DNA of 63,395 nucleotides, filler included, from Craspedostauros australis (Eukaryota), in NCBI GenBank assembly GCA_030167865.1. It is 5 parts of 5 records of this genome, joined end to end, with 100 filler letters (N's around TTAATTAATTAA, not from the genome) between each part and the next. Parts side by side here need not be neighbours in the genome. Positions count along the whole stretch, not along the records: positions 1 to 9,101 come from JALAGF010006568.1; positions 9,202 to 19,598 come from JALAGF010006570.1; 3 more parts are not named here. One strand, 5' to 3'. A program made the translations under genes and the position numbers. This document shows, piece after piece, positions 1 to 11,127 of the stretch. The notes below the pieces were generated by a model. It had not been told where the DNA came from, made no database searches, and was given only the letters and a program-made list of their open reading frames with translations. The stretch's first letter is position 1. Each line of letters starts with the position of its first letter.

Positions 1-833
1 ATGCCAAACTTCGTCACCGCAGCTGCGTGCATCTTCTTCACAATGTCCTGCCCTTTCTTCTCCCATTCCATTCGGTTGCCCTCTGCGTATCGGAGGTACT
101 CATGGTGCGATACTCCAAATACGCCACACTCCTTGAGCTTCTTCGCCAGCGGGATGATGTAGAAGTCGAAGAACCCGATCTCGCCCTTGTACCAACCGAT
201 GGATGGATCTTCGTTCTCGTGACCATCCAGATAGGCCTTGTAGCGCTCGAAGAAGAGGCGCTCGTTCCACTTCTGGTATGTGTGCCAGTGCTGCATGGTG
301 TGCGCGACATCCGAGGCCTGGATGATGTACTCCAGCACGATCGTCGCACGGCGGTCCATGTTGCTTGTGTCGCCGCCATCGCTATCGCTGCCATTGCCAC
401 CTCCAAATCCACCTGTGGCATTCCTGGTGACGGTCGCGACGTGCTCCGGGATGCTGGTGGGCGACCCGCTGTCAAATGCAACAGCCCAACGCTTGCGACG
501 CAATGCTTGCAGCTCCTTGTCAGCGATGTCGGTTGCCATCACGATGTTCACCACGAGCTGGCGGAAGTGCTTCAGCTCGTCCACGGTGGTGTAGATGCAT
601 CGTCGCAAGCCTGCGAACTCTGGCAGCATCAGCGTGTTCCACGCCACGTCCACCGAGTTCTGCTCAGCAACGGACTTGCCACGGTAGGCCACGGAGGCAG
701 GTGTCTGCATCCGTACGAGCTCCGCATTCGGGAGGCCGGTGTGGTCCACGTCATGGATGACGGCCGCGAAGACGATGGCGAACTGCATCAACGGGTTCGA
801 GCTGATGCCGTATGTCACGTCGTGCACCTTGTG
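1..833 (-). pseudogene. 3',5'-cyclic nucleotide phosphodiesterase (PDEase_I) catalytic domain, C-terminal part; cut at 834 by an LTR and running off the window start
   Basis: Hand translation of the minus strand (not in the ORF track): HKVHDVTYGISSNPLMQFAIVFAAVIHDVDHTGLPN...AEQNSV...VMATDI...IIQASDVAHTMQHW...WYKGEIGFFDFYIIPLAKKLKECGVFGV. It contains the class I PDE motifs HDVDH, ATDI and ASD. Confidence 0.85.
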
Positions 834-2654
834 TGTCGAGATGTACATGTGAGTATATGTCGAGATGTACGAGTATATGTGCATCGTTCACCCGTTATTC
901 TCTCACACGCACTTGGACGGTATAACTACACTCATGTCGATAGTATGCTGTGATTCGTCAGAATTACAGGGGAAATGGAACACATGAAAAGGGGCACGAT
1001 TTCTGGAGGAAATCTGCAAATAACGATTTCTGGGAGAATTGGAAAATCGTCCGTCCATCCATCAATGGTACCTGTTGGAAATCCGGGGTGGTGTGATAGT
1101 AGAAAACTAATCGTTTGTTAGAATCTACTTCTCTGAACTGTAAGCTCTTCATTGCTCGCAATCTCAAAGTCCGATCTCCTTCTGAGATCACCATGGGTCC
1201 CTTCATTGGTCTAGCAGGCATTCATCTTGCATTCATTGCAAATTCACCATGGACATGCGTGCACCACCGAGTACCCCATGTTCGTGCACAAAAGCACGTT
1301 GTCCTCCACCGATAGTTTCGATGCTTTAGACATCGCCGAGTCGTAGGCATCACACAGGTCGGTTCATTCAACCAGATCACGGTCTCCCATTCGTCACGGG
1401 AACACCTCGGTTGGGAGCTCATTCAGCTCCTCGACCGTCACACATCTCCGATCATCTCCGATCATCTCCGATGTTTCGCCTGTCGTTTCTCCGCTTACTT
1501 CGCCGATCACTTCACCGGCTTCCTGGAGGTTCCTCATACCTGGTTCGTTCACAGGCCATCTCACACTTCGTGACATTGGCCTTCCTCCAGTACTCTTTTC
1601 TCATTGGTTGCGACATGGGGGCCGTAGTCGCTCGTATCGTGATGTTGGTCACGATTCCAACATCCTTGCCCCCTGCGACATTCACGTGTGATTGGCATTC
1701 CTGTATTGAGATCACGAACGCCAAGGTACGGTTCGCATTCGGCACGTGTCGTTCTCCATCGTCAGAACACGTGCAGCTCACATTTTTCTGTCACAAAGAT
1801 CCAAAGGTGGGAGTTGCGGTAATGTAGCATATCATGACATTCGGCTCCTTACTCCTGGGAGGTGCGGCAATTCGGTGTTTCAGAACACCCGATTCCTGAC
1901 AGGTACCAAGAGAATCTCGAGGTACTTCCCAACTAAACCTCAGATGACGATATCATCTGACAGGCTGCTTCATCACCAATGGAACATGACATCTGGAGAG
2001 CAGAAGGACGCCTACTGACGTCGACAGGATGTCAACATGTCACCACGTCGACAGNNNNNNNNNNNNNNNNNNNNNNNNNNNNNNNNNNNNNNNNNNNNNN
2101 NNNNTACCAAGAGAATCTCAAGGCACTTCCCAACTAAACCTCAGATGACGATATCATCTGAGAGACCATCGCATCACCAATGGAACGTATCATCTGGAGA
2201 GCAGAAGGACGCCTACTGACGTCGACAGGATGTCAACATGTCACCACGTCGACAGCTGTCTCCAAGTCAGAGCAGGAGGCGAAGATCCGATGACCCATGA
2301 AGATCATGGATACTGAAGGTGAACTTCAAATGGTAAGTACTCATGGAGTAGGAACCAGTACTGAACGAACGGAGTGTCGAATGCGGAGTACACATCGAAC
2401 ACGGAGTATCGTGTGGCATGAGCACACGATGTTGAGAGAGAGAATACGAAGAGCAGGGAGAGAGCATCTCGCACACTGACTCATAGTTGGAGACCGAATC
2501 TACGAAACAGATTGAAGCGCCGAGAGCATCGGGCAAGAGAATGAACGGACACCGAGAGGATTGGAGTAGCCAACTAATGAAATAGCAAACAAACGACAAT
2601 CAACCAATACCATCTTCCACGATCGTAGGCTTCCGTGAGCGGAACTTGCCAACA
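834..2654 (+). mobile_element. LTR family A (TGTC...CCAACA, ~810 bp), interrupted by solo LTR B1 and an assembly gap
   Basis: Collinear with the reverse complement of 60679-61485 once 1073-1907 is removed. TG...CA ends. The segment ~1904-2054 is repeated at ~2105-2255 across the N gap. Flanks do not form a TSD. Confidence 0.85.
1073..1901 (-). mobile_element. Solo LTR, family B, copy 1 (829 bp)
   Basis: TGTTGG...CTGACA ends, flanked by GGTACC at 1067-1072 and 1902-1907. The empty site AATGGTACCAAG is present in the intact family A LTR near 61250. Orientation is inferred by analogy with family A. Confidence 0.9.
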
Positions 2655-2715
2655 AGGTAAGGTGAAGTGAAGTAAGGTGAAGTGAAGTGAGGTAAGGTGA
2701 AGTGAAGTGAGGTGA
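2655..2715 (+). repeat. (GTGAA/GTAAG/GTGAG)n pentanucleotide microsatellite
   Basis: About 12 imperfect 5-bp units, seen directly. Confidence 0.85.
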
Positions 2716-2716
2716 T

Positions 2717-3926
2717 TGTGATGACACTCCGGTATTCACAGAACAAGACCAAGATAAAAAACGAGAGCAAGAGCAAAGGCAAAGGCACAGGCGGAATAGC
2801 ATGAACAGTGCTGTTGGAAATCCGGGGTGGTGTGATAGTAGAAAGCTAATCGTTTGTTAGAATCTACTTCTCTGAACTGTGAGCTCTTTATTGCTCTCAA
2901 TTGCAAAGTCCAATCTCCTCCTGAGATTGCCATGGGTCCCTCTGTTGGTCTAACATGCATCCATCTTGCATTCATTGCAAATTCATCATGGACATGCATG
3001 CTCCACCGAGTACCCCATGTTCGTGCACAAAAGCACGTTGTCCTCCGCTGATAGTTTCGATGCTTTAGACATCGCCGATTCGTAGGCATCACACAGGTCG
3101 GTCCATTCAACCAGATCACGGTCTCCCATTCGTCACGGGAACACCTCGGTTGGGAGCTCATTCAGCTCCTCGACCATCACACATCTCCGATCATCTCCGA
3201 TCATCTCCGATGTTTCGCCTGTCGTTTCTCCACTTACTTCACCGATCACTTCACTGGCTTCTTGGAGGTTCCTCATACCAGGTTCGTTCATAGGCCATCT
3301 CACACTTCGTGACATCGGCCTTCCTCCAGTGCTCTTTTCTCATTGGTTGCGACATGGGGGCCGTAGTCGCTCGTATCGTGATGTTGGTCACGATTCCAAC
3401 ATCCCTGCCCCCTGCGACATTCACGTGTGATTGGCATTCCTGNATTGAGGTCACGAACGCCAAGGTACGGTTCGCATTCGGCACGTGTCGTTCTCCATCA
3501 TCAGAACACGTGCAGCTCACATTTTTCTATCACAAAGATCCAACGGTGGGAGTTGCGGTAATGTATCATATCATGACGTTCGGCTCCTTACTCCTGGGAG
3601 GTGCGGCAATATAGTGTTTCAGAACACCTGATTCCTGACACAGTGCAGCAATACACACGAAATCAAACATGCGCTCTCCAACTCCAACAGCTGAAGCCCC
3701 TTGCTCTTGGCGTTGCCTGAGGGAGAAACAGGAAGCAAAAGGATCATCATCAGCAGTGACAATTCTCACAGAATTCTTTACTTCTTACTTCTTTACTAAT
3801 CCTATTAGTCAAATACTGGTCGGGGGCTGTCTTCGGACAGCACTCACAAATAAACAACAAGAGCTCCGACCAGGGCACGCAACAACGGGCCAATACGTTT
3901 TTCGTAGTTACTTGCACTGTTTGACA
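2717..3926 (+). mobile_element. Probable 5' LTR (family C) of the downstream Copia element, interrupted by solo LTR B2
   Basis: Ends TTTGACA immediately before a PBS-like sequence and gag. The TG start at 2717 is a guess because no second LTR is available for comparison. Confidence 0.55.
2812..3640 (-). mobile_element. Solo LTR, family B, copy 2 (829 bp)
   Basis: Near-identical to 1073-1901. Flanked by CAGTGC at 2806-2811 and 3641-3646. Confidence 0.9.
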
Positions 3927-3941
3927 GATTAAGAGTCGTGC
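3927..3941 (+). promoter_or_regulatory. Primer-binding site complementary to a tRNA-Lys(CUU) anticodon arm
   Basis: GATTAAGAGTCGTGC directly follows ...TTTGACA. Its reverse complement GCACGA-CTCTTAA-TC reads as an anticodon stem, a CU-CUU-AA loop and the start of the 3' stem strand. Confidence 0.7.
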
Positions 3942-4002
3942 TTACCAACACTGAGCAACACCCAACACCACACCACCTTTTACCGTCTTACGAGCTATCA
4001 CC

Positions 4003-5400
4003 ATGGACCGACCAACCAACATCAACACCTTCAACAAGATCATCCAAGAGCTGGTTCAGCTCGATGATGAAGAGATGGAGTTCCTCGGTGAGAAGCTCGG
4101 GAGACTCGATCGCGCGATCCGCAACTCGGACGCGACCATCGTGGCGGCGTTGACGCTTTCGCCAACGCTGTCGGCAATCAGCATCACCAACATCCTCCGC
4201 ATCTTCGTGTACGCAAGAGCCAACACGATCACTGCGCGCACGGATTGGGCAGCAATTGACCTGTTCAACGACGCGAACAACTACGTGCCACCAGAAGTCA
4301 ACACGCCAGTCGCGAACGCAGCAGCTCAAGTCCGATCGGAAATCGCAATCAGAGAGGCAGCCGCAGCAGCGGATGCCGCTGGCACAACAGGTCGCGAGAT
4401 CACAGCCAGCTCCCCAAGCCGCGCGACACGTACATCGCGATCGCCACGGACCCCGCGGACTCCATCAGGATGGAAGTTTGACAAGGTCAGCATGCCGGAA
4501 GCACCCGAATTCACTGGAATGAACTGCAACTGGTATGACTGGAAGATCGCATTCAAGCGCCAGCTGGTCACATCCAGATACGCGGCATATCTCAGCGCTG
4601 ACAAACCGTCGCACTTCGAACCAGAGATCGACCAGCAGCTGTACACGGTGCTGCACACAAAGACAGCGGATGGATGCGCAGCGTTCATTGTGGAAGCCCA
4701 CGAACCAAACGGACACGATGCGTTCCAGGCACTCGTACGAACATACGAGTCACCTGAACACAAAGCTGAAGCCATCGTCGAAGAAGAACAGAAGATTGCC
4801 AAGCTCCGTTACGACGGATCCGAGCCCTTCCCAGTATTTGTCAATGCTTTCTCCAAATGCATCCGCGTCATGGAGCAGAACAGGAAGCAGATGACAGACC
4901 AACAGAAGATTGCAAAATTCTTCCGCAACATCACGGACGATCGCTTCACAAGCGAGATGTCCAGGTTCCGTCACACGGAACAGTCCTTTTCCGCAATCCG
5001 GAAGGCATTCATGCAACATGATGCGCTCCTCGCGAAGTCGGAAGGACACTACTCTCCTAAGCGCAACCGTCGCTACCAGCAGAAGGACGCCAAGGACGAC
5101 CGCAAGAGGCCACGCGAATCCTCCAAGTGGGATCGCAAGGGCGCTGCATCATTTTGGTTGCCGGACTCCGTCTTCCGTCGCATGCCGGCGAGCACTCAAG
5201 TGCTCCTCGTCGAGGCGTCTCGTCACTTCCGCACCACCGGAAAACCAATCGATGAAGACACACTCAAGCGCAACAAGCCAACAGAGTACGCGCGCAACCT
5301 CGAGTTGCCACTGACCCAGCGAGGGCCCAAGCGGCCTTGCACGGGCGACCACAAGACCGGACGACCCAGCACCCAAGGATCATGGAACGCCGGTTCTTGA
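4003..5400 (+). CDS. gag: Gag-like protein of a Ty1/Copia (CoDi-type) retrotransposon
   Basis: 465-aa ORF between the PBS and pol. Gag-like segments FTGMNCNWYDWKIAF, NGHDAFQALVRTYE and LRYDGSEPFPVFVNAF. The C-terminus may be affected by a frameshift. Confidence 0.8.
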   Translation: MDRPTNINTFNKIIQELVQLDDEEMEFLGEKLGRLDRAIRNSDATIVAALTLSPTLSAISITNILRIFVYARANTITARTDWAAIDLFNDANNYVPPEVNTPVANAAAQVRSEIAIREAAAAADAAGTTGREITASSPSRATRTSRSPRTPRTPSGWKFDKVSMPEAPEFTGMNCNWYDWKIAFKRQLVTSRYAAYLSADKPSHFEPEIDQQLYTVLHTKTADGCAAFIVEAHEPNGHDAFQALVRTYESPEHKAEAIVEEEQKIAKLRYDGSEPFPVFVNAFSKCIRVMEQNRKQMTDQQKIAKFFRNITDDRFTSEMSRFRHTEQSFSAIRKAFMQHDALLAKSEGHYSPKRNRRYQQKDAKDDRKRPRESSKWDRKGAASFWLPDSVFRRMPASTQVLLVEASRHFRTTGKPIDEDTLKRNKPTEYARNLELPLTQRGPKRPCTGDHKTGRPSTQGSWNAGS

Positions 5401-5477
5401 CAATCAAAGACGGGCACAACTCGCCGTCAGTCGGAGATTGTCATCCACCTCAAACCCCGCGACTGTAGGGGGCGAGC

Positions 5478-8400
5478 GTGACGACCGCAGCGGGAATGCC
5501 CGGACGTGCACGTCCGGTGGCACCACAAGAGTCCTGTCCGTGTACAACCCACCCGACAGTGGAGCATTGCATCCGAAGGGCAAGAGTAACGACCAATAGC
5601 CAAGGCTTTATCATCCTAGACTCAGGGGCAGACGGAGACATCGTTCATGCATCGGGCTGGGAGGTGACCCACACACACCAACAAGAGTTTCGTGCCCAAG
5701 GGGCGACGATCAACTCACCAATCGAGACATTCCAGATGGTCGACGCGGTGGCAGCATACGAGCCCCCAACAGGCGGCGTGATCCTCATCAAAGCGAACTA
5801 CGTGGCTCTCAACAAGCATCCACAGCAGACGGAATCACTGTTTAACACACATCATATGCGCGCGTCCGGACTGAACGTCTACGATCGCCTAATCGAACAT
5901 CAGGGACAGCAGCGGGTCTCATCGGACGACATCAGCATACCGCTGGAGAACCATGAAGGCAACACGCTCCGAATTCCCATCAGAAAGCCGACATCCCACG
6001 AGATGGCAACGGCGCGGCATATCATCATATGCGACAGACATCAGCGTCTACGACGAAACACAGGTCGGGTCGATTTCACGCGAATCTTCCGACACCTTCC
6101 GCCACACGTGGTGGAGAAGACAATGGCGGCATCCACTCAGCTGGCGGATACTCCGATCGAGGCAGAGTCAAGGCTCATCCCGCGGCAGTATCGCGCTCAG
6201 CGAGCAGGAGTGCTGCAACCCAACAGGATCGACGGCAGAGTTGACACGGACACGTTCTTCTCTACGATTCAGTCCATCCGGCACTACAAGTGTTTCCAAC
6301 TATTCTCGCACCACCAATCGAAGTTCATCTGGGCGAAGCCACTGGGCCGCGAGGCCATGGCGCCAGGGGCGCTCACGGACTTCATCATCCGCATCGGCGC
6401 TCCGGACCTACTCGTATCAGACAATTTGCAGGTGCAGTCGGGCAAGGCATGGAAAGCGGTCACATCCCGCTATCTGATCAAGCACCAATTCACTGTGCCC
6501 ATGAATCAGAACCAGAACCACGCAGAACGGGCAATCGGCAATGTCAAGCGGCATGCATACCAGCTTCTGTGGGCCGCCTCGGCGCCACTCTCATTCTGGT
6601 GCTATGCTGTGCAACACGCGATCGACACATGGAACTACACGGCGAAGGCGAGCCTCCAATGGCGCACTCCAATCGAGATTCTTCGCGGCAACACTCCCAA
6701 CATCTCGATGTTTCGCTTCACGTTCTTCCAACCCGTCTGGTTCTTCGAACCCATGACCAAATTCCCCCACCATCCATTCAAGCCAGGATACTTCCTTGGC
6801 ATCGCGTGGAATCACAGCGATCCATTCACCTATACCATATGGTCACCACGAGGTGATGACGTCACGAAGGGCACCGCGCTTGTGCGCAACATTGTCAAGC
6901 CGCGTGTCGTCGAAGACGCCGTTCCTCCACACATCACCGACGCGGAGATCAATCGCATCGCTCGGCTCGATATCATCCACACCACTACGCGCGGCGAATC
7001 CGGCGAACGCGCCAGAACCAAGACGTTGCCGGCGGAACTCGCTCGACAGGTCCGCGAGGCCATCGACGCGATTGCTGTGCAGTCAGGGGCGGCGGCGGGT
7101 CCACCGGAGCCGGCGACACAGGAGGTCAGGGGCGTATCCGAGAATAACGCAACGCCAGCAGGCACGGCTGACCGATGGTTCGGTCAACCAAACATAATTC
7201 CCAACGACGGCAACAGGCCGGAACATAATGCACACGGCGTCATCTCCGATGACGACGGCGACGCATCCACGGGTAACATCTCTGAGGAGACCAATGACTC
7301 CGAAGTCACGGCGATGCCAGATCCTCCGGAGCACCGCTCTCAGGGGCGTGAGTCCTCTCTCATCGAGAGAGAGCATGACGAGCTGTTCCGAAATCAGGTC
7401 GAAAACGAGAAATCTGACGACTTGGCAATCAACTCCATCCTCAGCCACGCATTCAGAGACGGACATCTACACTTCAACGTGCAATGGTCCAATACTGAAA
7501 CGCAATGGTTTCGATATGACGTGATCCGAGCAGACCATCCCGAAATGGTAGCACGATACATCATTGACAACGAACCACGACGCGACGGCCGACACAATCG
7601 GCAATCGCAAGTCCTACTCAAGTGGGCGAAACATGCACTGCGAGCCATCAGGCGCAGAATCCGAAGAATCGAGCGAACTCGAGCCTTCGCCATGGATGAT
7701 GACGACAACATCATCATCATCAGACGAATCCGTCCAGGCAAGAAGAAGCCGAAACGAGACTACTTCGCCACTGTGTATCAATACGGTGTNGAGGTCCCAC
7801 GCAACATGAAACATGCATTGCAACTGGATGAGGCCAACGGGGATCACCAATGGAGAGACGCAGCGAAGAAAGAGATTGACGCATTGATCGAACTTGACTG
7901 CTTCACATTCCACCCATCAACGTACCAACCACCACCAGACTACCAGAGCACGAAACTCCGACTCATATTCGCGGTCAAGCAAGATCTGCGACGTAAGGGG
8001 CGCTTGGTAGCAGGCGGGCATCTCATCGAGCTGGCGGACAACATCCGAGTCTACTCTTCAACCGTCAAGTCGACAAGCGTCTGCATTCTTGATGCAATAG
8101 CAGACGCAAACAACCTGCAACAGCTATGTGGCGACGTCGGCAATGCATTTGTCAATGCATACACCAATGAGAAGATCTACGCGACAGCAGGAAAGGCATT
8201 CGACGACAAAGAAGGACAAGTCATTGTGCTCAAGAAAGCACTGTACGGTCTTTGGTCGGGCGCTCAACGATTCCATGCGCACTTCGCAAATACTCTCTCA
8301 TCAATGGGATTCACGCCATCAAGGCATGATCAGGATGTATGGATCCAGCGCAGAGACGACTCTGGCTCCGATTACATCTGCACCCACGTGGACGACTTCA

Positions 8401-9101
8401 AGATAGTTGCCAAAGACCCAGATCAGTACATGAAAGCCATCCAACAAGTCTACACAGTCAAAGACATCGGACCACCAAAGTACTATCTTGGCAACGATTA
8501 TTCCAGGAACGCAAAAGGAAAATGGAGCGTCGGATGCAACAAATACATTTCCAATGCTCTGGACAAGATCGAACGGCTCCATGGGGAACTGCATAACCAA
8601 CATGTGCCCATGAAGAGCAAGGATCATCCGGAAACAGATGATACGCCACTACTAACACCTGACGAGCAACAACAGTTCCAGCAGCTCATCGGCATGCTGA
8701 ACTGGGTTGTACAGCTTGGACGTTTCGACGTCGCATTTGCCACCTCTTCTCTCTCACGTTTCACATCGACACCACAACAAGGGCATCTCACGAGAGCACT
8801 TAAGATATGGGGATACCTCAAGAACAAATCAACGCTCAGAACCATGATCGACTCAAAGCCTATCGCATTCGAGAACTTCAATCCAGAATCGCCCAACCCG
8901 GAGATGGTTGCACAGATGAAGGAAGAGTACCCCGAAGCGGCTGAGGACATTGACGATCAGGCACCGGCAGCGATATATCCTGAGATCCAGATGTGCGCAT
9001 TCGTCGATGCGGACCACGCTCACGATCTGGTCACGCGGAGATCGAACACCGGCATCATCATCTTTCTGGGGCGCACCCCAGTGCACTTCTCCAGCAAACG
9101 C
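5478..9101 (+). CDS. pol: Copia Pol (protease-integrase-chromo-like-RT-RNase H), truncated by the scaffold end
   Basis: ILDSGAD (protease); VDTDTF / SDN / QNHAER (integrase DDE); LKKALYGL and YICTHVDD (RT); AFVDADHAHDLVTRRS (RNase H). Integrase precedes RT, the Copia domain order. Confidence 0.95.
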
Positions 9102-9145
9102 NNNNNNNNNNNNNNNNNNNNNNNNNNNNNNNNNNNNNNNNNNNN

Positions 9146-9157
9146 TTAATTAATTAA
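9146..9157. other. Artificial scaffold linker TTAATTAATTAA within N runs (also 19643-19654, 44579-44590, 61578-61589)
   Basis: Identical six-frame-stop palindrome embedded in Ns four times. Confidence 0.95.
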
Positions 9158-9482
9158 NNNNNNNNNNNNNNNNNNNNNNNNNNNNNNNNNNNNNNNNNNN
9201 NTTGTCATTGTGTTCTATGTTTGCTGCAGGTACTTGGCAACTCGGTCTGTTCTTTGTCTATTCTTGGCACAACACATCAAGTAGTTCAATCAGAGAATGC
9301 TTCTTGCTGCTCCTGCATCCGTGGATGGACAAGCTTGCATTTTTGCAACAGTTCGTTCTTCTCGAATGTTTGGGGCAAGCTCTCTNNNNNNNNNNNNNNN
9401 NNNNNNNNNNNNNNNNNNNNNNNNNNNNNNNNNNNNNNNNNNNNNNNNNNNNNNNNNNNNNNNNNNNNNNNNNNNNNNNNNN

Positions 9483-10468
9483 GAATCAACAAGAAAGGAG
9501 TGGTCAAGACATAGCACAAACACCACAGCATACTCCAAACATCCCCACAATGTCAAGAAGAGAGGGTTGTATCAAGTGAAAGGCCAGCAAAGCAAAATTC
9601 ATCATTCTACAGGACTTGCTAGATGGTGTCTTGCCAATGACTGAAGAAGAGCTATCTGCTGCAGAAGTGTGGGACACATGCTGCTTCCACATGGCTGAAT
9701 TTGTTGATGTTGTGCTCAGCCAGTTTGAAGCTCACCTTNNNNNNNNNNNNNNNNNNNNNNNNNNNNNNNNNNNNNNNNNNNNNNNNNNNNNNNNNNNNNN
9801 NNNNNNNNNNNNNNNNNNNNNNCCAAGAGAAGCAATGAATTCTTGTGGAGGCTTGGTGCTCAACATGTCCACTGCAAGTATGCTCCTCCAACAAGACACC
9901 CAAGAAGTTGAACAAACATAGATGACACCATCAGAGTTGCAGCAACCCTGACCANNNNNNNNNNNNNNNNNNNNNNNNNNNNNNNNNNNNNNNNNNNNNN
10001 NNNNTCATTCTACAGGACTTGCTAGATGGTGTCTTGCCAATGACTGAAGAAGAGTTATCTGCCGCAGAAGTGTGGGACACATGCTGCTCCCACATGGCTG
10101 AATGTGTTGATGTTGTGGTCAGCCAGTTTGAAGCTCACCTTCGCGATCATTGGAAACAGTTGGGCAAGAAAGAGTTGCACCCCATGGTGAAATTGGCCTC
10201 ATTGGAACATGATAGATGCATACACCCAAGAGAAGCAATGAATTCTTGTGGAGGCTTGGTGCTCAACATGTCCACTGCAAGTATGCTCCTCCAACAAGAC
10301 ANNNNNNNNNNNNNNNNNNNNNNNNNNNNNNNNNNNNNNNNNNNNNNNNNNNNNNNNNNNNNNNNNNNNNATTTGGAAAACGCAAATTCAAAGAACACAT
10401 CTACCAGGAAGTGCGACAAATCAAGCTTATTTTCTATCTTGAAACCAAGCACAGCAACCCTCAATTGA
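9483..10468 (+). pseudogene. Two overlapping degenerate copies of an unknown repeat-associated ORF (LLDGVLPMTEEELSAAEVW...KFKEHIYQEVRQIK)
   Basis: ~9602-9898 is near-identical to ~10005-10301 and is broken by gaps. No catalytic motif recognised. Confidence 0.4.
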
Positions 10469-10749
10469 GTAGAGTGTATTGAACTTGAGCAGAGTGTCTC
10501 AGAATGGAGTACGAAACATTAAGAACCAGCATCACTCTTCACAGCTTTTGCTATCTACTTTCCACATACAAATCGCATCAACCAAAAATACTGGCCGGAG
10601 GTAGTCCTCCACACTCAACCCAGACACTCGCAATGTTGCTCCCATTTGATCCATCGCGCGGCGCCGTGCCGACCTTCAGTGCTGGTTTGGGTNNNNNNNN
10701 NNNNNNNNNNNNNNNNNNNNNNNNNNNNNNNNNNNNNNNNNNTCGTTAA

Positions 10750-10958
10750 TTTTGTCCGGTCTATCCATTCTGTCCGGCCGTTTTGTCCGGTCTGTCCGGT
10801 CATTTTGTCCGGTTTGTCCGGTCGTTCTGTCCGGTCTGTCCGGTCTGTCCGGTTGTTTTGTCCGGTCTGTCCGGTTGTTTTGTCCGGTCTGTCCGGTTTG
10901 TCCGGTCATTTTGTCCGGTCTGTCCGGTCTGACCTAGTTTCTCCGGTTTTGTCCGGTC
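10750..10958 (+). repeat. Tandem TGTCCGG(T/C)-core minisatellite (9-13 bp units)
   Basis: Roughly 18 copies of GTCCGG separated by short T-rich spacers. Confidence 0.85.
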
Positions 10959-11127
10959 TCTCTTGTTGAGACTGAACCAACTACAATGGAAGCAAAATAG
11001 CGTAACNNNNNNNNNNNNNNNNNNNNNNNNNNNNNNNNNNNNNNNNNNNNNNNNNNCCGTGTATGGAGTCCCGTTAAAGTAAGTCACGAGATAGAAAAGT
11101 GAAAATCGGACAAAATGTTGGGTGTTC

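Noticed and set aside
27..953. 308-aa plus-strand ORF
   Set aside because: Antisense shadow of the phosphodiesterase frame.
9146..9157. Recurrent TTAATTAATTAA palindrome
   Set aside because: Artificial linker between concatenated scaffolds. Gene neighbourhoods across it are not biological.
10750..10958. Possible CRISPR-like or telomeric array
   Set aside because: Units are short with no unique spacers, there are no cas genes, and it is not TTAGGG-like. It is a simple minisatellite.
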